The notes below the pieces were generated by a model. The model was not told the origin of the DNA, searched no databases, and saw only the letters and a list, made by a program, of their open reading frames with translations. A stretch of DNA of 64,000 nt from Utricularia gibba. Taxonomy: Eukaryota > Plantae > Magnoliophyta. The translations under genes were made by a program, and so were the position numbers. Positions 1 through 12,019 of this stretch are shown piece after piece (position 1 is the stretch's first letter; every line of letters starts with the position of its first letter). The stretch is taken from the NCBI GenBank assembly GCA_002189035.1, contig CM007990.1, positions 6,014,001-6,078,000 on the forward strand. The letters run 5' to 3'.

Positions 1-172
1 TTGATGCTGGGGGTGGTGAAGTGGGGCTATCGGGTGATTGTGATGGTGGCGGTACATTGGCTACAGGAGCAGGTGGAGGTACATTTGCTACCGGAGCGGG
101 CGGAGGTGAACTTAAGGGAGGTGGTGCACTGGATGGAGGAGGCGAAGATGATGGTAATGGCGAAGTAGCCAT
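1..172 (-). CDS. 5' end of a proline-rich extensin-like receptor kinase (PERK-type), running off the window start
   Basis: ATG at 172 opens MATSPLPSSSPPPSSAPPPLSSPPPAPVANVPPPAPVANVPPPSQSPDSPTSPPPAS with no signal peptide, as in PERK extracellular domains. The kinase domain is outside the window, so the family call is an inference. Confidence 0.55.
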   Translation of the reverse strand, partial: MATSPLPSSSPPPSSAPPPLSSPPPAPVANVPPPAPVANVPPPSQSPDSPTSPPPAS

Positions 173-1037
173 CAATGAACATTGACGGTCACTAATTGAG
201 AGGTTCACTAAGTTGATCGGCAGGAAATAAATGATACCCAGTTGCAGAGCAACATCTGGTAATGGAGAATTTGAAGGATTTACCGCATAATCTACAACAA
301 AATGAATGGAAACCTGGATGAGGATAATAACAAAGAAGCAGAAAACCAATTCTCAAAACTACAGAATTTCATTCAAGAAAAACCTCAGAATTGAACTTGG
401 CACAAGAACTCATCACCATCTTCTTCATACACCCCAAGTGAGCATCCAGAAAGTCAACATGTTTCATTGAGACGATAATCAACTAATCCCCAAACAAAGA
501 AACGCAGCAATCATTTCACCTGTGAAGGCGAAGCCAGCCTCTGCTCGTTCCGTTTCAAAGAAGAAACCTCTTAATCGCCCGTTTCAAACCTAACACCAAT
601 CTCCCAGTCAAGAAGAAAACAAGCTAGAGAGGGACAATCCAATAAATGTTTTACAAATGGTCAAATTTCAACTAATAGCTTTGATGATCAGCTATCCTGG
701 GGTGAGTGTTTCACACTTTCGAGCATTCACACTCAATAAAAAAAAGTAGACTCTTTAGCCTGGAGATGGATAATGATAATCCCCAAAAGTGATCGAATCA
801 GAGAGCATAGATGCGCAGAGCTGACCATTCACATCCAATTCCAAATTCGGCGACAAAAATTTTGATCCGCCATTCGTGAACGGAATCCGAGTACAGGAAG
901 ATGCCTTCAACTGGCCCCAGAAATTTTATGTAATTAAATAAACAAATTTGAGTGCAGAATTGTTTTTATTTTCTCCGTAGGGACAGAAATATTTGAGCTT
1001 TGTAAAAGATATCGCACTTTCAGGAAGGGAGAAGATA

Positions 1038-2705
1038 ATGAACGTCTTCAGAGTTGGGTTACACCTCCGCCCCAATTTCCACCACCACCGCCACCGTTTA
1101 CGGCGACACCAGCCCAACTTCGTTGACCATGTTTTCTCTCTGAATCTCCGCTTTTATGAACAAAGACAGCTTTCGTCATCGTCATTCTCCGGCATACCCT
1201 TTTTATCTTTTACCAACAAGCGCGAGATTGCAAATGTAAATGCAGCCGCCTCGTTTTTTTCGATGGACAACGATGAAGATGATGAAAGCGGAGATTTTGA
1301 AGAGTACTTGGCGGAAGACAGTGAGGTTTATCAAAAGACTTTAGGATTAGTGGAGCGTTCTATGTTCGCAGCTGTTTCTGGGTTAGCCTTTCTTCTTAGT
1401 AACTCTCTTGCCATCGAGGTAATCCAATACTTGATTTCTATTATCTGTATGAGCTTGATCAGCCTCAAGAATGAATTTCGGAAACTCTCAGCTGCGTTGG
1501 GGATTTGGTGTTTAGATTGTTTATCCGTAACCGCATTTTGTTTTTCGCAGAAATACTTTGCCTGTTTCTTCGCATTGCCAATTGTACTGTCCACGGCGAA
1601 ATGGGGCATCGCTTCTGGCCGGAAAACCATGGTATGCCCTTGTAGGATATTTCTCTGTTTCGTTGGGCTAATAGATAATTCATGTGTTTTCTTTCAAAAT
1701 TACTTCAGGTGGGAACAACTGTATTGCTGTTTATCTTATCTGGACCCGTGAAAGCTCTCACTTTTTTAGTGAGTTTTCCTGTTTTACGTGCTTCTTCTTA
1801 TTGAACAAGAATGATGATAAGTTATACTTCTTTCTCCCATCGGGAACAGACGCTATGTATTGGAGTTAATTTTGGTGCATACTCTTTGGGACTGTTTTGT
1901 ATTCCCCTTTTGAGAGCCAGTGAGAAGCAAGAAATTTCTTATATGACTCCTCCAGTTTTCTATGTATAATCACTGAATTTTAACTTGTTTCATTTTCCAG
2001 TTGTTGCATGGTATCCTTGGTTTCTCCATGGGTGCATTTTGGAGGTAGAGGTCCAACACTGAATCTACTGCAAATGCATAATACATCTCCTTATCTTGCC
2101 TTTCTATGATTTCCTTCCGATTCCAGGTTGAAGACAAACTGGACAATCTCGATCCTCTTGTGCTCACTTGTAAGAATGTCTGGTCTTTTCATGCTCAATA
2201 TAATTTCTCTGTGAACCATGGCATCAGTGTGCAATCCTGAGTTCAATGCAGGTCCGAGCTGCAGGAGCTCTGGGTAATGTAGTCATCGCCTCATATTTAA
2301 TAGGCGAAAACATATTAGCTTTGGTAACTTGGCACTTGTCTCTTCCTTGGCTCAGCTGAGTTAAAAAAGAAGCTTTCCCCTTTGACATTCCTCTCTTGCC
2401 TTCACATACAGATCACTATAAATGTCCATGCTCTTGTCACAAACGTCCTTTCGTCGATGGGAGTCGTTGCAGTTCCATCAATGAACATCATATACTTCCT
2501 CTTTGGTTTCCTGGTGCGTCCAGCTTCCTCCATAGCTCTTCTTGAAAGCTAGATGCTCAGCTGACACCTCTCTGTTTATTGCCAGCTTCTGCTCAACTGT
2601 GCTTCCTTTGTGTTCCTGCTGCACATCCTGTACGCCATATTCTTCTCCCGGCTGGGAAGGAAAGCAGACCTTCGACTCCCCAAGTGGCTGGCGGCTGCCA
2701 TATGA
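1038..2705 (+). CDS. DUF2232-family multi-pass membrane protein, probable organellar transit peptide; 8 exons
   Basis: Manual GT-AG splicing gives a continuous frame: 1038-1418, 1551-1631, 1709-1768, 2001-2044, 2127-2169, 2252-2323, 2412-2513, 2586-2705. Peptide includes YQKTLGLVERSMFAAVSGL, KYFACFFALPIV, LSGPVKALT, hydrophobic helices and the C-terminus LRLPKWLAAAI. Confidence 0.8.
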
Positions 2706-3007
2706 CACCATTCGTGATTAGACTAAAAGTCTACAATGCAGAAGACACATTTATATGCATCAGTAGCCCATAAACCTCAAGCCATTACCCATTACAGTAA
2801 ACATGGCTGAAAATTCGTGCTGTAAATGCAGCTGGAAATCACACCCGACACTGAAATTGAAACTAAACATCTCCAGACAATCCCCAGGTAGACAGACAGG
2901 AATGCAACATGTGGCTGTTGGGATTCATGACTGTTTAAATTCAAACATTGTAGATGTTTGATTAAAGAAAATGTTGTGGATATTCATGTGGTGATGGATG
3001 GCCTCGA

Positions 3008-3013
3008 CACGTG
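3008..3013. promoter_or_regulatory. G-box/ABRE-like CACGTG upstream of SAMDC
   Basis: GACACGTGG about 290 nt upstream of a TATATAA element near 3304; function not demonstrated. Confidence 0.35.
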
Positions 3014-4126
3014 GACTCGCCGTGTCATGCTCAGGTTGTTATTTGAAAATTGAAGGCATTCCATGGTGGAGTGTGGCTTTTGTTTCAACGTATTGGTTTT
3101 TGAATTATTACAAAGCAGCCTCTGGATTCTTAGATTTTGCTTTTTTTATTCGCCTTTTGCTGATATTTGTCGGAGGGATTTGGAATAAAAATGAAGAAAT
3201 GATATTTATGTCGGAAAGTGGGGCTCTTTTAGAATTACCTCATTTTGGGGAGGGCAGGGATGTAATTTCATGTATCGGTAGGCAGTGCGTAACCGCGACT
3301 CCTCTATATAAGGAGGACGTTTTCATACTTCCTGGAGCGTCCTGTCCTGTCCTCATAACAAGGAGACGAATACAGTTTCTGAATCCCTCCGCGTGAATCT
3401 TTTTTCGGTTTTTGTTTCTGTTTTGCGTCAACAGCGGAAATCGGAGATTCTTGTAAGAAATGGTTTTGAGTTTTTGCAATCTGGATTATGTGTCTTGTAG
3501 TTCTGTTGATTTATGTGGAGGAGGTGGAGGGACTCTTTCTTTTGTGCGTGTTCTTGTACAATTTGGGAATCTTGATCGACATTATGGATTGTATTCGAGG
3601 GTTTTCTTGTTTATCAATGTTTTAGACGATGAGTTTTTCGAATGTAGTTGATATCGACGGTGACCAACCGATACGGTGTGTGTTTCTCATTTCTCAGATC
3701 TGGTCCCGAGGAATGCTGAAGACTGTTTCAGCCAATGGCTATTTATTTGTTTTTTGTTTGATAAATGAGATGATTCACGGTTGATTTTTACTTTTTTCAC
3801 GGCGGTGTTTTTGCTGCCCGTGGATTTGCGAACCGTGATGTTGCTCGGAGAATGCCAGCGGGTTGATGTGCTCCTGCTTTGCCTAGTTTACGGAGCTTTT
3901 CTTGATTTAATGGTGCTGTCTTGTGTAGAACTTCTGCGAGCCCTTTTCCACGAAGTCTGCATATTCTCATGCATTTCTTGCGAAAAAGTGATCTTTTTTG
4001 TATTTCTTCTTATTTTCTCGCTAAAGCATGACATTACCTATGCCTTTTCTGTTTAGTTACTTTGTTGGTTTCTAATTTCATGTGTTGATCTATAACTTGA
4101 TCTGGTTGTGTTGCAGCCAAAACTTG

Positions 4127-4144
4127 ATGATCGATGGAGTCTAA
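4127..4144 (+). promoter_or_regulatory. SAMDC tiny uORF (MIDGV*)
   Basis: ATG ATC GAT GGA GTC TAA begins 7 nt before, and overlaps, the ATG of the small uORF, at the position where plant SAMDC tiny uORFs occur. Confidence 0.7.
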
Positions 4145-4381
4145 AGGCGGAAACAAGAAGTCCAGTAGTAAATACTTATTCTACGAAGCTCCCCTTGGAT
4201 ACAGCATTGAGGACGTCAGACCAAACGGTGGCATTAAGAAGTTCAGAACTGCTGCATACTCCAACGTAAGTCTCATCTGCTTAGTGTTAGCCCATTGGTT
4301 CTTTTTAGTTTTCCTGTGATAAGAATTTTTCATGTGAAAGTTTGTTTCTTTCTTTTGCAGTGTGCTCGCAAGCCATCCTGA
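4134..4381 (+). CDS. SAMDC conserved-peptide small uORF (50 aa, split by intron 4266-4360)
   Basis: MESKGGNKKSSSKYLFYEAPLGYSIEDVRPNGGIKKFRTAAYSN|CARKPS*, the well-known polyamine-responsive SAMDC leader peptide. The intron has GTAAG and TTTTGCAG ends. Confidence 0.95.
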
Positions 4382-4510
4382 TATTCCAATTCTCATCTCC
4401 CGATCACGCCTTGGGCGTAATAAAGCTGCTGTTTTCTAGTTTAGCTTTTGCTATCCATTCTGCGTTTCTCTATTCTGCTCCTGTCTTTTGCTTCTTTACC
4501 GCGTTTTCAA

Positions 4511-5630
4511 ATGGCTGTCACTGCATCTGCACTCGGATTTGAAGGTTATGAGAAGAGGCTTGAGATTTCCTTCTTTGAACCTGGAATATTCGCTGACCCT
4601 GAAGGAAAGGGCCTTCGTAGTCTTTCCAAGACTCAACTAGATGAATTTTTACAGCCTGCTGAATGCACCATTGTTGCCACGAAATCGAACGAATATGTTG
4701 ACTCATATGTCCTCTCTGAATCGAGCCTATTTGTATACCCTTACAAGATCATCATCAAAACTTGTGGAACAACAAAACTGCTTCTATCAATTCCTGCCAT
4801 CCTGAAACTGGCTGATTCCATGTCTCTCGCTGTTAGAACTGTGAGGTATACCCGTGGAAGCTTCATTTTCCCTGGAGCTCAGGCATATCCCCACCGGAGT
4901 TTCTCTGAAGAAGTTGTTGTTCTTGATAGCTATTTTGGAAAACTGAGTGCAGGAACCACGAGCACAGCTAATGTCCTGGGAAGCCCCGATAGGCTTATGA
5001 AATGGCATATTTACACTGCGTCTGCTGATGTTGTTGAGCCTTTTGATCCTATACACACCCTAGAAATGTGTATGACGGGATTGAATAGGGATAAGGCATC
5101 CGTTTTCTACAAGAATGAATCAAGCTCTGCCTCTCTTGTGACAACAAGCTCCGGCATTCGAAAGATCCTGCCTAAATCTCTTATCTGTGACTTTGAGTTT
5201 GAGCCATGTGGTTACTCTATGAACTCCATTGAAGGCCCTGCTGTGTCAACCATTCATGTTACCCGGAAGATGGCTTTAGCTACGCAAGCTTTGAAGCAGC
5301 TGGATATGATTTGAATAACATGAGTCTGGGACCGCTGCTCAACAGGGTTTTGGCATGTTTTGGACCAATGGAATTTTCGATCTCCGTGCATGCTGAGTAT
5401 GGCACTGAACTATATGATGATGTTCATCACCTGGAGCTGAAAGGGTACACCTGCAACGAAAAATACCTCGAACGACTTGGACTTGGGGTTCAATCGTATA
5501 CCAAAAGTTCACCATGACCGAGTCATGTGGATCCCCAAGATCTACTCTGAAATGCTTCAATGGAGAAAATAGCTCTGATGATGATGATTGCAAGCAAGGA
5601 AAAATGTGGGAAAGCAGGAATGGCATGTAG
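4511..5630 (+). CDS. SAMDC: S-adenosylmethionine decarboxylase proenzyme, intronless; two apparent 1-nt deficits
   Basis: [10 protein letters not shown], the YVLSE/SSLF self-cleavage site, KTCGTT and PCGYSMN are present. [16 protein letters not shown] and GSIVYQKF...CGSPRSTL appear only after restoring one C at 5262-5264 and one G at 5485-5488 (373 aa when restored). Confidence 0.93.
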
Positions 5631-6219
5631 TATTTCTGTCTTTCTATTTCAAATAAACCTGGTAGTACCCTTACCAGCTGCAGCTGCTCGCTTGTCTGTT
5701 GTGTCTTTCCTTATGGATTATGTAACTTGATGATGTCGCCTTGAGCATTTCTATTCCTGGATTAGAAACATCCTTTGGGCCATTCTGATAAGTGATTGGA
5801 TTATACTTAAAATGTTGTGTTGATTAGGTAGCATTGCATTTCTCAGAACCATGTTGATTGGTCATTCTGATAAGTGATTTGCTTCCTGGGGCTGGGCGTC
5901 TGGAAAAGAAGAGATCAAGGGCTCTTGGTGCATAAAGTTCTCACATTTCTTTCTATTAAAGAATTATACATACGCTAAAGCATTCTGCTTTTGTTGCTCC
6001 AGTTTCTTTCATCTTATTCTACAAGGAGCAAACTATGCAGGCATGCGACGAGTATGGAGGATAATTACCTCGCAGAAGCTGCATGCCAAACTCGAAACAG
6101 TGCGCCAGATCCTTCCAACTCCAGCATCTGGAGGAGAAGCTTAGCTGATTCTCCCGGTAGTTGCTAGATAGATATATCATGGATGCGTCCGCAGCCTCTG
6201 GACGGAGCTGATGAAGGCC

Positions 6220-9200
6220 TCAGTTGAAGAAATAAGCAGAATTCAAAACTTCCTTCAAATCGAAGTCACCCCGGTCCGGCAATGGGGGAACTTGAGCGTT
6301 GGAAAGGACTTCTGGAACTCCTCCAACAACTGACAGTAAAAGGTCCGCAAATGTAAGTCAGAATGCAGAATCGCATTAGGCAGCAAAGGACAGGGAGTAT
6401 CCGTACATTCTCTAGAACCGGTGCCTCGTACAGTTCGACAAACTTTTCTCGTAGGATCTGGTTCATTTTATCAACGTCACACGCATGAGTCCAATAGGAA
6501 TCATGCACTCCTGAGAAAGAAAGCTGTAAGTCTTAGACGAAGGCAAGAACAAAGCTCCACCTTTTGTGCGCATAGTCAAGGCAGTTTTCAATGACTCAAA
6601 TGACAAGTCATGAGTAAAAGGAAGCGCAGTGGAGTAACAAGTGAATAAAGCAAGAACCTGCAAAATGCAACCCTGCATCCGAGCAGGCAATGGCAGTCAT
6701 CATCATGTGGGAACCATCGAGAGAATGCACAAAGTTTGGAGCAAAAGCCGTTCTCTGTCTCCTCACCATCACCTTAGCAACAAAGAGGACAGAAAATCAT
6801 GGCCTTTCACCTTTTGGATTGAAAAGAATTGTGTTTATCTTCATAAAATCTCAAAACGGGCAAGATATACAAGACACAAAGTGGCAACCCAAACGTGTTA
6901 GCAGAGCAACGTTAATGATCTAACTTTTATGCAGTGATTGCTTATTTCGTTCAAATTCTTTCACTGAGAGATGGAGCCTGATTAACGAAAAAGGGAAAGT
7001 TACCTTGTCAGTCTCACGTTGAAGCGTCAACACTTGTAGTGAAGTTTTAACCTGTGTTGAAGAAAACCCTGAGAATCTGGAAGGTTCCTCCCACAGTACA
7101 CCAAAAATAGAAAATTCTGGAGGAGGAAGCCAAAGAACATTCAATAATCGCAAGATGAATTACCAGGTGCCTTCCCAAATGACGGTAAGGCTGGACTACA
7201 GGGAGACCAAGTGGGGTTGTCCACCGTACTGGTTTGTTCTCTGTTGCAATAATCTGCAGTTATGGATAACAAAACAACTGATAAATTTTCACTCTTTCAA
7301 GATTTATAACTAAAATAGAATGTCTGCAGAAGACGAGTAACCCTTCAGAAATAAGCAAAAATGTTTAAGTTACACAATGAACCTTCGCACAGTCCCCCAG
7401 CCAACTCATTATGTTTCGTGCAGCCTGGAACATTTCCCCCAATGCAGCCAAGGTCGTCTGTCATTCCAGAGGGAATACGTTACATCTCATTGGGGTTAAG
7501 TAATCAGCTCAACGAAAACAGATTAGAAAGCTAACTTTTGCTGCATAGCAAGCACAAGCAAACAACTCCTCATCATCTTCAATGGTGCCTCGCTCCTTAA
7601 GCCTCTTCTTGATTTGTTCACGAGCACCAATGTAGGTGACACCATAGACAGATGTCATCACGGTTTGCTTGACTAATTTTCTGTCAACCTGTCATAATTT
7701 ATAGATACATTAATCTGAGACAGAAAAAAACACGATACTGAGTAAAATTATGAACTTGAAACCTACATAAAATTAATTTTATTCATCATCATGAAAGGAG
7801 CATAGAAGGCCATGAAACCTGATTGATTAACAGTCTCGCAAGTTTAGCTTTGGGATCAACAGCAGGATCATTAGCCGCATCATTCATCATCATGCTAAGA
7901 ACTCTGAAATGCACGCATATCCAACAGTGGAGAAATCAGGGATAATCAGAATTCTTGTATGATCTTTAAAAATGCGTTAACTCACCTAGCAGCAATGCCT
8001 GAATAAATATCAGCAGGCTTATCTCCTGCCATAAGATTGACTGCAGCAGCCCCCAGCTGAAAGCACATAAAAAAAAATTCACAAAAGATCATCCTGCTTG
8101 GCTTTCTAAATACAGAACAGAACATTTGCAAATAGAAAACAGATGGCTTCTTTGTAAAATCAACCAGATTCTGAAAGTCTAATGCTACGGAATGCTGAAA
8201 AAAGGTGGACTCTTGTTTCTGTCTTTGACGAGAAGGAACTCATTACCTTGTCCCTTCCAAGGGCAGCATAGTGTTGCAAGCCATTACATGAGCCATCCTT
8301 AAAGGTTGAAGCAAAGAAAAGTGCTTTAGTTACAGAAGTATATCCATGCTAACACCTCCCCAAAAACGAAATCCCATAAGACCACGCGCAGTAAGCAATA
8401 CTCTCCGGAAAAAATCAGAGGAATGGCAGATAAAGCAGAAAACTAATGCAGTTCAAAGTCTATTGTTTTGTGAGAAAAATACATGGATACTTAAGTGTGC
8501 CTGAAGGTGTACTGCATATTCATGACTCAAAAAGAGACCTATATGTGTTACCAGATGGACTGGAATATGTGAGATTGTGGTCTCTGGGTATGGACTTCTC
8601 AATGCTTCAGATATATTTATGCAGGTTGCCAAGCACTGGAAAGGATCTTCAGCATTCAACCACCATCGCTTCCCATCAAGAGGCTGATCTGCGGAATCAA
8701 AAATGTCCTCCAGATGGCTTTCAGTGAATGATATTCGATCCTCAAAAGAGTACTTGTCTACACCACCACCGTATAGATTGGCAATGTGGATTTTAAGCCA
8801 GCGTAAACCTGAATTTCCAAGTTTCCGACCTTCTGCAAATTCTAGGATCCCTCTACAGAGGTCAGATCCAAGGTGATTCAAATGTGGGTGCATAGGGTAT
8901 GCACGTCCTCTGAAATCCATGTTGTGAGGATAGTAAAACCCCTCTTCATCTTTCATTTTCCTCGCTACCTACTCTATCAAAATAGAGTATATTATGCACC
9001 AAAAGAGCAGGGTAATCTAATGGTGGAGAAAAATCTTACAGAAAGTTTAAGCTCTATATCACAACGCTGTGCATGCCTTTCACTATTCTCTTTTTTTGCA
9101 GCTTTAACTTTCCACTTCCATTTTCTACGTTCAACTTCATTCTCAGTATCTGGTTCCTCTGGAATGGGAACCTAGAAAGACGTAATGCTTTAGAGTAAAT

Positions 9201-11459
9201 AAGAAGGCTAGAGTAATTAAAGTATGCACAACAATGCTATTCATCAAAAAAAAAAAGAAGAGATGTCAATTGCATTCTTCTTTCTACATGGAACTATTAC
9301 TTACATCTTCACGATCAACCAAGTCAGCAAGGCGGTTTCCACTGGCCCAGATTCTGTCTATAACTCCCAAAATTCTTTTATTCACCCTCCACTTCGTGGT
9401 TCCAAGAGTGTCAAGTGCCTAAAAAAGCACAACCATAATAAAACAAACAAATTTTAGCACCGTAGACAAACAAACTTGAAATATAAGGTCATTCAGAACC
9501 TGATAAATGGGTCTCAATTGTTCTTTTGGTGCTCTTTTAATGGCCTCCCGTTGCTGCATCGCTCCATGTGTACGCATCACATAAGATGGAAGAAACAAAT
9601 AAGCTCCTCGTTCATACCTAAAATAAGTTTAACATCACAATAAGCTAATCAAATTTCTCTTTTTGAGTTCACAAGAATCTAAACTGTCACTAAATTGCAG
9701 CACAGTCGAGTATTTAGAGGCAAAGCAAGAACAGATACCCTGTCCACTTTAGAGGTGGAACCAGCATTGGCATGTACGGGATCACCATATGTTTTGCCTG
9801 TAGGTGCAAAAAAATGTATCATATTGGCAACAAAAATGGCGGCACCAGAAAAAAGAAAACCCATAAAGAGTCTAATTCTTACAGTTTTCTCCATTCCCTT
9901 GAGCAAAATAGGATCACACTCAATCATCCCATACCTCCTAGCGCCCTTGCTGCACAATCAACAGCAGAAATAACTCAGATGATGAAAAAAACGTAGCACA
10001 TCACACGGTGAAGGAAGCCCAGCCACACTCACAGTGTCTCGATGGATTTTAGAGTGTGTACAAATGCAGGGCGAATATCAAGAGATCCATCACCCAATTG
10101 ATTGACTGGTGGCTGTATGTAGGCTGTTTCAGTTAATATCTGAATCAAACGGACACCTACCTGAAGAAAAAAAGCAGTTCACTGCTTTGATTTCAAAGAT
10201 CATATTACCAAGCACATGCTCCCAATCTTACAGTCTCTATACATCGTACCTTAACTTGACCATCTTGTCCCCAGGGCTTTGTATCATCTTGTCGCTTGAC
10301 AATGTTCCTAACTTGATGTATTTTTTGTTTCTTCAACAAGGAGTTGACGCTTTTCCTTATTCTCTCATTCTCCTGTTCTTTGGTGTCAGGTTTGTCTTCA
10401 CGAGTTCCATTAAAGGCATTTTTCCTCTTGCTTTTTTCAAAAAATCTCTGGATTCTGGCCTGAAAGACATTTCGAGTGTAAAACGTGGTGCATAAAATCA
10501 ATCAAATCTCTTGCAGGATAAACCACAGCAATTAGTAACACAGGTATATATGACAAGCAACATCACACAAACTGGGTAAATACTTTCTTTTTTCCAAGAA
10601 TGTGATTGGAAAATTTAAGGGAAAGATCAACACATAATAGTGACATAAAATGTGATGCTATCTAGATGAAAACCTCGTGTTCTATGGCTTCACCAATATG
10701 ACACGCAGCCTGAACAACTCTAGCACTTCCATTGCATCCTCCAGTCATTAATAAACCCATCATCTTATGCATTGTAATGACTGCCATCTTATCTGCAGGT
10801 AATTGGTTAAAATATGGCGCATATGAAGCGCTGCATTTTGGATTTTGGCACAACTTCTGATCAGCAGCAATGGAATCCCTCAATGGTTCAAACCATCCTA
10901 GAAACAATGACTTGATGTACGGCAAGCTAGGAGCCAATTTATGCTTGCACATGTCCACTAAGAGCTCTTGGTATTCTCTCGCTGCTTGTTCCCATGCTTC
11001 AGTTTCCATCTTTATTTGTCTCCCTCTAAGAGCATGATACTTCCCCAATCCCATTCCCGCAATCTTTTTATGCTGCTTTTTCTCCCTAGTGTCGGATTTC
11101 TCCTCCATTTTTTTGCCGCTGTCACCCACTAAGTCTTGAACTTCTTCAAATTCTTCTTCAGAGGTCGACACCAGAGCCTCCGCAGAAGTTGCATAACCCT
11201 TAACTGAATATCTAGAAATGTCGCTCATTATTTCAACTTTCAGAAAACCCACCTTCCGTTTCCGGCGAAAAAGCGGATCTTGATGTAAACTGGATTGGAA
11301 TTTACATGGATTCAAACGACCCTGCGCCTCAATTGTCGTGAAATCTTGAAAGCATTTGGAAATTCGGGAGTTTCTTACAGCGGAACATGAACTTCTAATA
11401 GAGGAAGGAGATTCCGGGAAAGAGGGGAGCTTTAAGTGTCTGGATACATTTCTCCACAT
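6220..11459 (-). CDS. RPOT: Nuclear-encoded T3/T7 phage-type organellar RNA polymerase, probably the mitochondrial RpoT1/RpoTm type; multi-exon
   Basis: MWRN start, [34 protein letters not shown], motif [11 protein letters not shown], motif [15 protein letters not shown], motif C VHDSYWTH and C-terminal AYFFN* (needs one base restored at 6284-6288). Exons were traced by GT-AG boundaries. The paralog type is inferred. Confidence 0.95.
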
Positions 11460-12019
11460 ATTTCTGGACACATGAAGCAATTTCAGAAACCGAGTATGAC
11501 GATGATTGCGGCAGCAGTGGCAACTAAACTGAAATACCAAGGACCAATAAGGAAAGCTCTCTCATCAAGATCTTCCCGCCGATGCTCTTTTCACGTAAAA
11601 TGAATGCGAACACGACGAACTCAGAATCCGGCCGGAACTCGTCGCAATGTTAAACCCTGCTAAAAACCTAGCTTATTCGTTGTAAAAAAACGAAAGTTAC
11701 TGCCGATTAATGTACGTGGTGGTAAAGGCCGGATACGTCGCCCAACCCGGCCATAAAGATCCGACCCGCATCTTTCTCAAATAGAAAAATAGAGGGCCGC
11801 CGCCGGCGAAGTAACGGAATCCCATTACACGGGTTCACATTCTTTGGTGTTTTAAAAAGGAATGGCTTTGAAACATCAGTAAGTCTTCTTTTTTATTTTA
11901 TTAGTTCAACCTGAATGTTCGATAAAATAATATCCCTTGACAACTACAGCTGCTATATTGAACACCCAACTGTAACTAAGGGCTTCAAAATTGGTGCATG
12001 GAACTGGAGTGGAGTGTCA

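Noticed and set aside
993-1751. 252-aa and other long track ORFs read as single-exon genes
   Set aside because: They run through introns; spliced models explain the conserved parts.
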